From contig NC_135803.1 of NCBI RefSeq assembly GCF_964213995.1, positions 14,322,001 to 14,386,000 of the forward strand: a DNA stretch of 64,000 nucleotides, in the 5' to 3' direction. The position numbers and the translations under genes are program-made. Shown here in pieces: positions 12,220-25,049 of the stretch; position 1 is the stretch's first letter; the number at the start of each line of letters is the position of its first letter. The notes beneath the pieces are model-generated. The model was not told where the DNA came from. It did not search any database and saw only the letters and a list, made by a program, of their open reading frames with translations. This stretch comes from Mustelus asterias (Eukaryota).

Positions 12220-13399
12220 AATTATTCTTTTGTCTCAGTGGGATTTTATATACTATGACCATCAGTGTCATGTTGAGATGGGTTATTCCTTCAGAACTTG
12301 ATCCCTGTTTCTCCAGGACAGTTTTTCACCTCAGTGTGTTTCTTTGCACTTGAAGATAATTTCAGAACATTAAATCAGATATGCTCAACTAAATCTAAAC
12401 AAGCAGTGAACTCAAAGAGTTCCACATAACCAGTCAAGCTAACCATGATCACTGCACTCAGTTTTATTGTCTCTCAGGCATTTAGGTTTGTTACTGTTTA
12501 AATATTGTGAGGGAAGTCTCAGCATAGATTAAACCGGTGTGGAATCTTATTGGATCTTTGCCATTAAAGAAATCTTCCCTCCAAAGTGGTTAGTTAGTTC
12601 TACTGCCACAAGGAGTGCACCTTGGCATAGTGGCAGTGCTCTCTCGCACTACAGACGGGAAGTCTCTATACAGCAAAAGCCCCACTCCAGAAACTTAAGT
12701 ACATAATCTCGGGTGCTTTTGCACTCATGGGAAAAAAACTAAAGAAGCGAACGACACCAGAAAAGTGGAAGTTATTGACTTGCGTTGCAACAAAAGCAGG
12801 TTTTCGAAAAGACTTGTTAACTGAGAAGCATAATGTCATGCTTTTAAAGGGAATTGTGTGAAAACACTGCCACCAAAACTGAAACCATGCAACTTCCATC
12901 TTTCTCAACTTTTGAATTAAGAATATAGAGTTCAGTACAAGAAGCAATGACCAGATCTGGAGAAATAGACTCACAGAGAATTAGAAGAATCACTTGGGTA
13001 ACTCCATTGCTCGGTTTGGACATGTCTGCCCTGCTGTGTCACACACATCCTGAAAGCAAACTTCTGCAAATATCTCACACTGCCACAGAGCTGCAAAATG
13101 CTCAAGTTGATGGCAGACAAATACAACAGCAGATAACAAGGAGGAAAAGAGAACAGTCTGGAAAAAGAACTTCTGCTTTATCAGTGCCCTAAAATTCAGT
13201 AGCATTTAGGTGTAAATCTTTGGTTAGACCTGGAAGATAAACACGTTCCGTTATAAGATAAAAGATACCAAATGGGGGAAGAACAGTAAATGGCTCAAGT
13301 TCACATATTATTGACATTTATAGCTTAGTTTAAAATTTCCAACATTTTTTGTACATTTGTTTTTAATAAAATGACCACAAATAGCAGGAAATTAGTTAT

Positions 13400-13735
13400 T
13401 TTTAATTTGTTCACAAGATGTAAGTGTCGCTGGCTGGCAAGGCGCCTTTGCCCTTCCCTAACGGCCCTCAGTTTCAGAGGTCAATTAAGGGTAATCCTCA
13501 TTGCTGTAAATCTGGTGTGACATGTGGGTCAGACTGGGTAAGGATGTCAGATTTCCTTCTAAATGACATGACTGAACTGGATGTGTTTTTACGACAATCG
13601 ACAATGGGCATCATTAGACTTCTGATTGCAGATTATTGATGACCTGCCAAGATTGGGATTTGAACCCAGGTCCCCAAATCTTGGCCCGGGTCTATTTATT
13701 GCCCTGTCACAATGCCACTATGCTGCTGCCTCCCC
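13400..13735 (-). mobile_element. tRNA-derived SINE type C
   Basis: tgggatttgaacccagg (B box, reversed); body matches 56385-57110; same insertion site as 34285-34595. Confidence 0.7.
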
Positions 13736-14308
13736 AAAATCTAAGTCACCAGTTGATAATCCAAATCAATAGAGTTTCCCTCGTACATTTTGTGACATTT
13801 ACTGATTCAAGATTAGTATCAATAATCAACAATGATTCATTTCCCAGAATCCAAAACAATAGATCCAAGACATTCTCACTAAAATGTTCAAAGCACTATT
13901 ATATGAAGAAATTTGCTCTGTTATTTCCGACATCACAACAGTGACTCCACTTCAAAAATACTTCATTCGCTGTAAAGTGCTTTGGGATAACATAAATTCA
14001 TGATAGGTGCTCTAGAAATGCAAGTTCCTTCTTTCAAACATATGTCTCCAAAATGTAGTTACACATTTTATCACAACATTGTAGAATGTGTTATATCAAT
14101 GGTTTCTGGTTAAACATGGGCAGTGCGAAATGCTGTCCCATGAGGAAATTATTTGCTTTCTCACAAAGCACAGCACGTTCTGCTGTTGTTTAAGTTTATT
14201 TTACTAGTGTGACAAGTCGGCTTATTCTTATTTGCTCATGGGATGTACACATCTCTGGCAAGGCCAGCTTTTATCACCTGTCCAGAAAGTTTTAAAATTT
14301 ACTTCTTA

Positions 14309-15312
14309 GGGCCTGATTTTACCATTTTGAGTCTAAGTGCCGAATCTGGGCATCAAATAGATCCGCGCCTGGAATCCTCTTTCCAGCGCGCCGATACGCA
14401 TTTTGCCAGCTCCAGTCCGATCTGCGCAGTGGACGGGGCTTAGCGCTGCCGGGACGATCGGAGCTCTGAACGGTGCATGCGCAGTTCAAAAAAAATCCGA
14501 AGCAGCGCGCACGGGCGCGAAAGAAAAACCAGCAGAGAGAGCAGAGGATGGACTCGGGAGAATCTTGCAAACTGCAAATAATGTAGCATCTTCTTTGTGC
14601 TGCCTAATTGTCTATGGGAAAGATAATTAAACTACAGTGTCCTAGTGAGCAATTTGTGACCTGTATAATACATTTGTGATCTGTAACTGGATTGTGGATG
14701 CTCAAATATTCAGAGTCCTGTGGTGAACTTGGAAGAATTGTCCCCGTGGTGGAACTTGGTTGGAAATAAGATTCAAGGAGATTACTAAATCTTGTTTTCA
14801 TCTGAACATTGCACAGAATTAGAGGAATTCCCTTTGGAAGATAATGTCAAAATTATAATCGCAGGAACTAAAAACCTGACAGTCAAAAATTTGGGAAAAT
14901 ATTTCAAACGATGGATGGGGGGATATATATTTTGAAATATTTTCCCAAATTTTTGACTGTCAGGTTTTTAGTTCCTGCGAAAGGATGGTCGGGGAGGATG
15001 GGCTTCAGAGATTCCCTGCAGAATAGAAATCCGCTTCGGACTTTTATTCAGCAGGTCACTAAAAACACGCATCCGGATTAGGCCACGCAGTGGTAAAGTG
15101 GGATTTGGTGGTAGAGTTGGGCGCGCGGTTCATTAAGTCGATTTAAATGGATGCAAATGCATTTAAATCGTCGGGCCGCCCGATTCGGGCACAGGCTGGA
15201 CCCGCGCCCGAATCGGGTGTCGGTAAAGCCACGATCTGCTCGGATTCGGGTGCAGATTGCGTTAAAGGCCCGACGCCCAACCTTACCGCTATTTCACGCC
15301 AAAATCGGGCCC
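14309..15312. mobile_element. Non-autonomous PIF/Harbinger-type DNA transposon (MITE)
   Basis: TIRs GGGCCTGATTTT / AAAATCGGGCCC, 3-bp TSD TTA (14306-14308 and 15313-15315); subterminal regions match 25050-26513 in reverse orientation. Confidence 0.85.
14859..14980. repeat. Perfect 50-bp inverted repeat with 22-bp spacer
   Basis: 14859-14908 is the exact reverse complement of 14931-14980. Confidence 0.95.
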
Positions 15313-15606
15313 TTAGTGTCACAAGAGGCTTACATCAACACTGCAATGAAACTATTGTGAAAAGCCCCTCGTCGCCACACTCTGACGCCTGTTCAGGTAC
15401 ACTGAGGGAGAGTTTAGCATGGCCAATGCACTTAACCAGCATGCCTCTCGGACTGTGGGAGGAAACCGGAGCAGCCAGAGAAAACCCACGCAGACACGGG
15501 GAGACTGTGCAAACTCCGCACAGACAGTGACCCAAGCTGGGAATCGAACCCGGGCTCCTGGCATGGTGAGGCAGCAGTGCTAACCACTGTGCCACCGGGC
15601 TGCCCC
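15313..15606 (-). mobile_element. SINE type B
   Basis: Reverse tRNA head (gtgctaaccactgtgcc), V-domain, B tail. Confidence 0.9.
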
Positions 15607-15801
15607 AAATGTTCGTACTATATTGCATTTCTAACGTTCCATAATGTATATCAAATATATCCAACAATTATTATTCAATGAAAATACTAAATAGCCGACC
15701 CAAGCACTTTGTGCTTAACAAGAATTGTCGCTTTTAACAAATCGTTTTGTGAAATGTTTCGAGAAAAATAATGTATTCTATTCTAACTTCCAGACATATT
15801 G

Positions 15802-16839
15802 ATGGCTGATCCGACACAACGTATCAAGATCGTTACAAACACAAACTCCCCCGGCAACACCACTTGCCAGCTTTCCTCTGATGGATTGGCTATTTTTACC
15901 ATTATTGCCTACTCGTTAATATTTGTCATTGGAATCATTCTCAACAGCCTGGCTTTCTGGGTGTACTTCTGTCATGTCCCCAACAGCAACAGCATCACCA
16001 TCTATTTAAAGAACTTGGTCGCAGCCGATTTAATGCTGGTCCTCTCACTGCCGATAAGAATTGGCGCAGAGAAGAAACTGGGCTTCACAATAATGAGAAA
16101 AATCTACTGCAATTACACAACATGCATCTTCTATGTGAACATGTATTCAAGCATTCTCTTCCTGGGATACATTGCGGCCATCAGATACCTGAAAATTGTC
16201 AAACCGTTCAAAATACATTCATTTCAAACTCTCAAGTCTGCGAGAATTGTCTCCATTGGAACCTGGTGTGTTCTTCTCAGTCTTGGAACTTCATACATCG
16301 TTCTGACAGGAAAAAAGCCACCCCAGAATAGAACAAGAGAAACGTGCTTAGAATTTAGAAGCGGTTCGGGAGTTCACTGGCACGTAACCCTCCACGCTGG
16401 TGGCACATTTCTGTTTCTCTGCGTGTTGATAGGGCTTTGCTTCTTTTACTTTCAAACTGCAAAACGTCTTGACAAATCCCCATCTCCGAACTCCCTCAGA
16501 AAACAAGCCAAGGCAAAGAACAACATTCTAATCCTCCTTGCTGTCTTTGTGGTGTGTTTTGTTCCCTACCACATCATGAGGCTTCCTCAGATTTTAAGCC
16601 AGATTGATGTCATCACTGGGTGCTTTTGGAAAAAGACTCTCTTCCACTTGAAAGAATTGGCGAATGTGCTGGCAACGCTTAACGCCTGCTTAGATCCAGT
16701 GATCTACTTTCTGTTTTGCAAGGCGTTTCGGTCAAAGTTAGGCCTGGACAAAAACTCCATGGGCAATGACTCACACAACGATCAGTCCGTCCATACGAAC
16801 CCTTCACAAATTGTGCTGGATGACAGGAACACAAGTTAA
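15802..16839 (+). CDS. P2Y12-family GPCR, P2Y14-like (copy B), 345 aa
   Basis: ATG 15802 after acceptor ctaacttccAG| (15792-15793); same motifs as copy A; 13 amino-acid differences from copy A by manual comparison. Confidence 0.93.
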   Translation: MADPTQRIKIVTNTNSPGNTTCQLSSDGLAIFTIIAYSLIFVIGIILNSLAFWVYFCHVPNSNSITIYLKNLVAADLMLVLSLPIRIGAEKKLGFTIMRKIYCNYTTCIFYVNMYSSILFLGYIAAIRYLKIVKPFKIHSFQTLKSARIVSIGTWCVLLSLGTSYIVLTGKKPPQNRTRETCLEFRSGSGVHWHVTLHAGGTFLFLCVLIGLCFFYFQTAKRLDKSPSPNSLRKQAKAKNNILILLAVFVVCFVPYHIMRLPQILSQIDVITGCFWKKTLFHLKELANVLATLNACLDPVIYFLFCKAFRSKLGLDKNSMGNDSHNDQSVHTNPSQIVLDDRNTS

Positions 16840-17220
16840 TTCAACAGTGCAAAATAATGTAACATCGATCTTGCAATAGCTCTCTATTATCCCAATTACT
16901 AAGAAGGAAGTAGAACATTTCTGAAGAGATGGTTAAAGATGATTAGGAGATGGGAAGAATTAAGGAATGGGGTTTACCTAACAGCTACTGCAAAGATACT
17001 TCAGAGCGATTGAAATGCTTTGTTTATAATGTCACCTTTCTATCTTCTTGTCAAAAACAGTGACCAAATTACACACAACGATGTCCCACAAATTGGCAAT
17101 GAGATGAAGTCAGCTAGTCAGCCACTGGTGATGTCAACTGATGAACACATGTTGGCCAAGGAATATTTTAAGACCTCAATGTGAATTGGACCTGGAACAT
17201 CTGGCATCGTAATCAAAAGG

Positions 17221-18262
17221 AGCCACAGCATTCACCAAACGTTTTCCATAATCACATGCAACTATAGCATTCACCAAGATTCAAATTTACCATAATCACC
17301 AGTAACAACGGCATTCATCAACGTTCAAATTTACCACAATCATAGTACCATGATACTGTGCCTTTAAGAAACGTATTTGAGTCATGTACCTTGTGCAGGA
17401 TTGTTTTTCAAAACTCTGGTGTAATACCAGTGCTGTGGGGTCTGTATCTGGCAGCCCTATATTGTACCTGCAGCACCATAATTGGTCCTAATTGCTAGAA
17501 AGTTCGTTTTCATCTGGGTAATACTGTTCTGTTATTTTAGTGTTTTCCGCTGGGGGTTTTCAGAGTAGGGCTCAATTAGGTTGATTGACAGAAAAGTTAG
17601 GTGATTGGGTGGAGCTCAGCTTACACAGTAAGATCGAGCTTAGATGCTGCTTGGAGTTGTTGGAGAACAGTGCCTCTCTTTCTCTCTTTGGATTTAGAAT
17701 CTGGAATCTGCCAGGAAATAAGTTTATTTCTCAGATTCTGCTGTTTGGTGATGGATCTTTCTCTGGAGGTGGTTGTATGTGAGGTGTCTGTCTAGATTTC
17801 TGTCCAGAGGAATTAAAAGGCTAGAAATCTCACATCTATGTGAACATATCTGTTTTTGGTACTAACAGGTTCTAAAGAAGGGATTTATATCTATGGGGCT
17901 ACAGCTTAAATTGGAACTATAGAGAGAGCTAGCTGTTAAGAATTATAACATGTCATGCTTAAGTATTTAAAATGGTAATGTTTATGCTAATTCTTATTGT
18001 TGTATTCTAACTGTGCTCTTAAATAAAGTTTGTTTTGATAAAAATTTCCCAGTGGGTCTATTGAATCATACTTGGAGCAGAACACCTTCTGTTCATCAGG
18101 ATGTCAAAATCAAGAGGAAAAGTTAGGGTCTCGGCTAACTTCATAACATATCTTGGAGTTTTCTGTCTGGTCCCCAACAATACCATTAACCAAAGTTCAA
18201 ATTCACCATAATAATGGGTAACAATGGCATGCATTAAGGTTCCAATTTGCTGTAATCACCAA
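17221..18262. repeat. Degenerate ~39-bp minisatellite split by an LTR
   Basis: Units like gcattcaccaagattcaaatttaccataatcacc at 17221-17342 and 18180-18262; shorter version at ~3690-3760. Confidence 0.6.
17351..18179 (+). mobile_element. Solo LTR-like element
   Basis: TG start and ..ggtccccAACA end, AATAAA ~18022; interrupts the minisatellite; tacca on both sides. Confidence 0.55.
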
Positions 18263-18329
18263 ACAAATCAAATTTGATTTAATTTGATTTGTTAATCGGC
18301 ATCATTTAAAAGGTAAGGGTTATTATTCA

Positions 18330-19430
18330 TGTCGTATTAACATCAAAACAAAAGAGATAGTTTAAATGAGCTAGTAAATTAGGTATATATTTAAGTGGGT
18401 TTAATTTAGTAGTTTTATGTCCTCTAAATAGACTTACATTAAACAACGGTGTTTGCATGTATCGGCATTTGATTACAGTTCAATCGGTATTTCGATTGTG
18501 CTGAGAGATTTTATGACAGGAAAAGTAAACAGGAGCCTGGAAGAGGATTGCGATGTTGCTTAGCAACGCCTTTAGGGCGAAGAGATTTTTGAGTTTAGTG
18601 TTAACTGGAAACCAGAGGAGGAGGGGCTTTGCAGGAAGAGAGGGAATATCTCTCGCCACATTGCCAGAAGAAAAGCCATACAATGGAGCAAGGGGCAAAG
18701 AAGGCATATGCCAGGAACCTAGAGAACAGTTAGTTACAGAAACTAGAGAAGTGAAGTTGCCAGAAAGTCTCAAGTTAAAGGAACAGAGGATGTTGCTATT
18801 GGAGAAGGGTTACTGTCACTGAAGCTAAAGATAGAGCTGAAAGTGCAGGCCTTGGTGAAGTTGACTCAGGGAAAGGCAGCAAACAGAAGCAACTGTAAGT
18901 TTGGTGTCCATCTTTCCAGCGTTTGGAAACAATAGTATTCGGTAAGGGACTGAGTACATGAGTTTTTGTGTCCCAGTTTGGATGCTGTGGCAATTCAAGG
19001 CAAAGAAAATACTGAAATGAGAGTTGGAAATCTAGTTTCCAATCTAGTTGGAAATCTTTGCTAACACAGTGGAGAGAAAACAGCATTTGGAAGGATATTG
19101 GGAAAACCTGGAGATGGATCCTTCATGAAAACAGCTGAGGAAAAGCATTGCTTGAAAGACAATTTTAAAGCATGTCTTTTTAAGAGTGAACTTCGAAAAC
19201 ACTCAAGTGGCAATCAACTAGCATGAATTTCAGGAGAAATCCACAACTTATTGATTGAGTGGCCTTAGCCATTTGCTTTCAAAGTGGGATGCTACCTTTG
19301 AAATATGCGTACGCTTGTGAAGATAAGGGGGGGAATGAAGGGGTGTTGTATTAAAATCAAATATTTCATGTTGTTCCTAAAAAATAATTGGCAGTCCTGT
19401 GACTCTATTTCTCTACATCCACAGTTTCTA
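18330..19430. mobile_element. Duplicate of the LTR-like element at 4773-5957, 3'-truncated
   Basis: Nearly colinear with 4773-5872, then jumps to sequence matching ~8128. Confidence 0.6.
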
Positions 19431-19606
19431 ATTTCTGATTTAACATTTTCAAAATAAATAGCAACAAACCAAACTCAATAAAAGGTCCAAACATCAATTG
19501 ACAAGTAACTAATATCTCAAACTGAAAAGGAAGATATCGTTCAAAACCAAGATTTGTTTTATAAAATGTATCGTTCAAAACCAAGATTTGTTTTATAAAA
19601 TGTCTT

Positions 19607-19876
19607 TACATTTTAAGTCAGGTTAATATTATCACTGGGTGTTTTTGAAAAAAGACTCTCTTCCACTTTAAGGAATCTGCTGCTGTGCTGTCAACAGCTA
19701 ATGCCTGCTTAGACCCAGTGATCTACTTTCTGTTTTGCAAGGCGTTCCGGTCAAAGTTAGGCCTGGCAAAAAACTCGAAGGACGATGATGCACAACAACA
19801 ATCAGTCCTTACATCCTATCCCCTCACCATCTGTACTCAATGTAACTTCCACCAACCAAGTCAACAGTGCGAATGA
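19607..19876 (+). pseudogene. P2Y14-like 3' fragment (copy C): end of TM6, ECL3, TM7 and tail only
   Basis: Reads YILSQVNIITGCF*KKTLFHFKESAAVLSTANACLDPVIYFLFCKAFRSKLG with TGG>TGA at 19646-19648; 5' part missing; followed by a 3' flank homologous to 3418 onward. Confidence 0.92.
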
Positions 19877-20096
19877 ATGCAACATCAATTTTGCAAAATT
19901 ACCTTGAACCTACCATTACTCGCAATTATTCCAATTACCATGAATGAAATGCAAAATTCCTAAAGGAATGTTCAAAACATGGTTCGGAGATGGGAAGCAT
20001 GAAGGCACTGAATTGAGCTTATAGCTACTGCGCAGATACTCCAGAGCGATTGAAATGCTTTTGAAATATAGGCACATTTTTGCCAAAGACATTGAC

Positions 20097-20385
20097 GCAC
20101 CGTGGCACAGTGGTTAGCACTGCTGCTTCACAGCATCAGGGATCTGGGTTCGATTCCCAGCTTGGATCACTGTCTGTGTGGAGTTTGCACGTTCTCCCCG
20201 TGTCTGCGTGGGTTTCCTCAGGGTTCTCTTGTTTCCTCCCACATTCTGAAAGACGTGCTGGTTAGGGTGCATTGACCCAAAAAGGTGCCAGACTGTGGCG
20301 ACTAGAGGAATTTCACAGTAACTTCATTGCAGTGTTAATGTAAGCCTTACTTGTGACTTATACATAAACTTTTACTTTAAAAAAA
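20097..20385 (+). mobile_element. SINE type B
   Basis: tRNA head, V-domain, B tail. Confidence 0.9.
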
Positions 20386-20640
20386 AATTACACACAGCGA
20401 GGTCCCACAAACCGACAATGAGATGAATTAAATTAGTCAGCCACTGGTGATGTCAGCTGACCAATAAATGTTGGTCAGGGAAGACTTTAAGACCCCACTT
20501 TGAACCACACCCCAGAAGCTCCAGCATTCACCAAAGCACTCAAGTCTTTCAGCATCGATTTATTACATCTAGGCCTGCTCTCCACAGGTGACCATTTGGC
20601 CAAGACTTTACATAGATGTAGTTGATTATAGCTCACATTA

Positions 20641-21638
20641 TGTCAACGGGGAACCTGCAGCAATAACGATGAGGGATTTTCTTTGTGGCATTATGTTGAT
20701 ATTGTGTGCAAGTAAAGAAAGCTGTGCATGTGTGTGTCCAGGGGGACAGTTATTAGAGATAGGTAGTCTCAGAGATGAAAGGTTGTGTTATGTTGATACA
20801 TTTGTACTAGGAGGATATGGTCACTTCGAGTTACAAGCCACTAAGGTGGATCTAAAATTTGTATTGTGAGATCAGTGGGAAACTCGGTTTTTCAGCTGTT
20901 AAATTTCAGAAGGGAATTCAGAGTTAATATGCATCTTACAGAGGTTCCATGAGTAAACAGGGGACGATGTATTACATGTTACTCGTCCAAAAGTAGTGGC
21001 AAAATAAAAACATGGAAGGTTTTTATATTTGTGGAACTTAAGGTGTTTTAGCAAAATGGATTCTGAGATAAAAGGGGGAAAAAGGTATTTAAGGAAGGTT
21101 ATTAAACTGAGTGGTTTATCTGTGGGAAAAGAGCAGAAGACCAGTTCATGGAACCGTGAACTGCTGTGAAAATTTTGCATTTGAGTCAACCACCCAGAAT
21201 GAAGCCAGAAGAGTCTCTGTTTTCAGAGAACAGTTTGTTTCTGAACCTCCTTTTGGAATTCCACATCTCAGAACAGAAACGCTGGAGAAGTTGCGTGGTT
21301 TATCTTCATTAAAGTGACAACGATTCATTGACAGCGTTACTGGATTTTTATGGTAAAAAAATCTACAAGGGTATTGCCCAAGAAGTTAGTTTACTTGTGC
21401 ATATTTAACCAAGCAGGTTTTTTGTTTGTGTTTTAATCGTGTAACTTAGTTCTTGTGTGCTTAATTTCTTTTTTCTTTTTAATAAACCTTCTAATTTTCA
21501 GATTTCTAAAGGTGTTATTGGGGGTCAGGAGAGCTTCCTCCTCATTTTCATAATAAGAAAAGATGTATATGCTCAGTGGGACAGATCTCACTCTGGAGTC
21601 TGGCTTGCTAAGCAGCAGCATCCACTGTGATTATAACA
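20641..21638 (+). mobile_element. Solo LTR-like element
   Basis: TGTC start and ..gattatAACA end, AATAAA at 21481; TSD imperfect. Confidence 0.45.
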
Positions 21639-21919
21639 TTATTAAAAATTTCAGGTTTTAAAAAAAAAATCAGTCAAATGCCAAAACTCTGTTGGACATG
21701 TAAATATTTAATACATTGTGTTAAGATAAAATAACTATCCACTTTGCACCAAAATGTAGATGGGCTAGTGATCAAACACTCCTAACTCTCTTGCAATTTT
21801 GCCATTGTCATCAACCTTGGCAAGGAATAAATGATTTGTTTGGATTGTAGAAGACTAATATGTAAGTGACCACCCATGCGCCAGCTAACCGTGCCCCAGT
21901 CTCTTACGCTGGTGGTGGA

Positions 21920-22100
21920 ATCTGGTGGTGTAGTGGTAACATCACTGGACAAGTAATCCAATGGCACAGGCTAATGTTCTGGAGCAAGAGTTCAAATCTG
22001 ACCATGGTAGCTGGTGGAGTTTAAATTCAAATAATCTGGAATTCAAAAGCTAGCCTCAGTAATGGTGAGCATGTCCTTTCGAGAAAGAAATCTGTTGTGC
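21920..22100 (+). mobile_element. SINE type C fragment
   Basis: ggtggtgtagtggtaa..agtaatcca..gttcaaatc head. Confidence 0.65.
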
Positions 22101-23383
22101 TTTCCTATGAAAGAATAAAGAAATAAAACATAACTACATACCTGAAAAGTAACAAGGCACTTTGGAGATGGCCATCTACTGCAACCTCAATTAAACAAAT
22201 AATAAGAATTACAAATAAATGCCTACATACAGAAACATTTATAATTTGTAGTAAAAAAAGGTGGAATTTTGGAACACGGTCCAATCGATTATGTTGATTT
22301 TGATGTAAATTCACTGAAGCATTCTGACCAGGATAATTCAAGCTTCAATGTGTCTATTGTTAAAGCCTGAATCACAGACAACATTTCCGTGTTACATACA
22401 AACATATGAATTAGGAGCAGTAGGCCACTCGACCCTTCAAGCCTGTTCTGCCATTCAATAAGATCACGGTAAATCTGATTTTAACATTCCAACTTACCCC
22501 CCAAAAACATATTGCGCCTTTGATAATGATGAACCAGTCTACCTCTGCCTTGGCATTATTCAAAGATTCTGCCTCCACCACCTTTTGAGGAAAAGAGTTC
22601 CAAAGACTCTCTCGACCCCCTCAGAGAAATGATATCTCATCATTTCTGCTTCAATTGGCAGACTCTTTCTTTTTAAACAGTGACCCAGAGTTCTAGATTC
22701 TCCAACAACAAGGAACATATTCTTTCCACATTCACCCTGTCAGGTCTCCTCAGGACCTTGTATGTTTCAATTAAGTTGCCTCTTAATGTTCAAAACTCCA
22801 GTGTGGATACAAGCCTAGCCTATCCAGAGATTCCTCATTAGATAACCCGCCTATTCTAGATATTATCCAGGAAACTTTCTCTGAACTGTTTCCAATGCAA
22901 TTACATCCTTTCTTAAATAAGAAGACCAATGCTGTACACTGTACTCAAGGTGTGATCACAGCAATAGCACGGACAGGTGTAGCATAGTGGTAGTTTACCA
23001 AAATTCGCTGGACTCTGGGGTAGTTCCCGCAGATTGGAAAACAGCAAATGTGGCGCCACTGTTTAAAAAAGGAGGTAGACAAAAGACGGGTAACTATAGG
23101 CCGGTTCGCTTAACTTCTGTAGGAGGGAAAATGCTTGAATCTATCATCAAGGAAGAAATTGCGAGACACCTGGATATAAATTGTCCCGTTGGTAAGACGC
23201 AGCATGAGTTCATGAAGGGAAGGTCAAGTTTAACTAATTTGGTGGAATTGGTTGAGAACATTACATGTGCAGTGGACAATGCGGAACCTGTGGATGTGGT
23301 GTATCTGGATTTCCAGAAGGCATTTGACAAGGTGCCGCACCAAAGACTGCTACATAAGATAATGGTGCACGGTGTTAGGGTAA

Positions 23384-24190
23384 TAAGAACAAAGAACAAT
23401 ACAGCACAGGAACAGGCCCTTCGGCCCTCCAAGCCCGTGCCGCTCCCCGGTCCAGGATTGAATCCTGAATCCAGGATCCCCGCCCAATTTTCCAGCCTAT
23501 CTACAGCCTAATATCCTATCCACCGAGCTGTCCCTCACAGCTACGATGCTTTGTTCATCACAACCTATTAACTCACCCCCACCCCGCCATTCCAGACCAT
23601 GTGATCTCCAGGGAGAGGCGAAAACCCAGAGTGAAAACCCCAGGGCCAATATGGGGAAAACAAAATCTGGGAAATTCCTCTCCAACCCCCTGTGGCGATC
23701 GAAACGAGTCCAGGAGATCACACTGGCCCTGATCAGAAAATGCTTCCCAACCCTATTCATTTCCACTTCTGCTTTACGAACACCATCTAAATTCCCTGCC
23801 CCCGAGACAGGTTCCCAACTATCCGCAGTCTCGCTCTGTACTGGCACCAGCAAGATGATCATAGAATGAAGCCTTGAAACGAGAAACAAAGAACAATTAG
23901 CCCGCGCCGCTCCCTGGTCCAAACTAGACCACTCTTTTGTATCCCTCCATTCCCACTCCGTTCATATAGCTGTCTAGATAAGTCTTAAACGTTCCCAGTG
24001 TGTCCGCCTCCACCACCTTGCCCGGCAACACATTCCAGGCCCCCACGACCCTCTGTGTAAAATATGTCCTTCTGATATCTGTGTTAAACCTCCCCCCCTT
24101 CACCTTGAACCTATGACCCCTCGTGAACGTCACCACCGACCCGGGGAAAAGCTTCCCACCGTTCACCCTATCTATGCCTTTCATAATTTT
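23384..24190 (-). mobile_element. CR1 LINE 3' end with long 3' UTR, nested in the + strand CR1
   Basis: ORF end YKIMKGIDRV..TRGHRFK..FTQRVVGAWN..; tail aagaacaaagaacaa; host sequence resumes at aatgtattagcatgg. Confidence 0.88.
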
Positions 24191-25049
24191 ATAATGTATT
24201 AGCATGGATAGAGGATTGGTTAACTAACAGAAAGCAAAGAGCGGGGGTAAATGGCTGTTTTTCTGGTTGGCGATCAGTGACTAGTGGTGTGCCTCAGGGA
24301 TCAGTGTTAGGACCGCAATTGTTTACGATTTACATAAATGATTTGGAGTTGGGGACCAAGTGTAGTGTGTCAAAATTCACAGATGAGACTAAGATGAGTG
24401 GCAGAGCAAAACAGGCAGAGGATGCTGAAAGTCTGCAAAGGGATATAGATAGTCTAAGTGAGTGGGCGAGGGTTTGGCAGATGGAGTACAATGTTGGTAA
24501 ATATGAGGTCATCCATTTTGGTAGGAATAACAGCAAAATGGACTATTATTTAAATGGTAAAACATTGCAGCATGCTGCTGTGCAGAGACCTGGGTGTCCT
24601 TGTGCAGGAATCTCAAGGAGTTGGTTTGCAGGTGCAGCAGGTAATTAAGAAGGCAAATGGAATTTTGTCCTTTATTGCTCGAGGGATGGAATTTAAAAAC
24701 AGCGAGGTTATGTTGCAGCTGTATAAGGTGCTGGTGAGGCTACACCTAGAATACTGTGTACAGTTTTGGTCTCCTTACTTGAGAAAGGATATGCTGGCAC
24801 TGGAGGGGGTGCAGAAGAGATTCGCTAGGTTGATTCCGGAATTGAGAGGGTTGGCTTATGAGGAGAGACCGAGTAGACTGGAGCTATATTCACTGGATTT
24901 CAGAAGAATGAGGGGAGATCTTATAGAAAGATAGATAGAAGCAGGGAACTTGTTTCCACTGGCAGGTGAAACCAGAACTAGGGGGCATGGCCTCAAAATA
25001 AGGGGTAGCAGATTTAGGACTGAGTTGAGGAAGAACTTCTTCACACAAA

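Noticed and set aside
5035-19086. ORFs conserved between 5035-5531 and 18553-19086
   Set aside because: The similarity reflects recent segmental duplication of an LTR-like element, and indels shift the frame between copies
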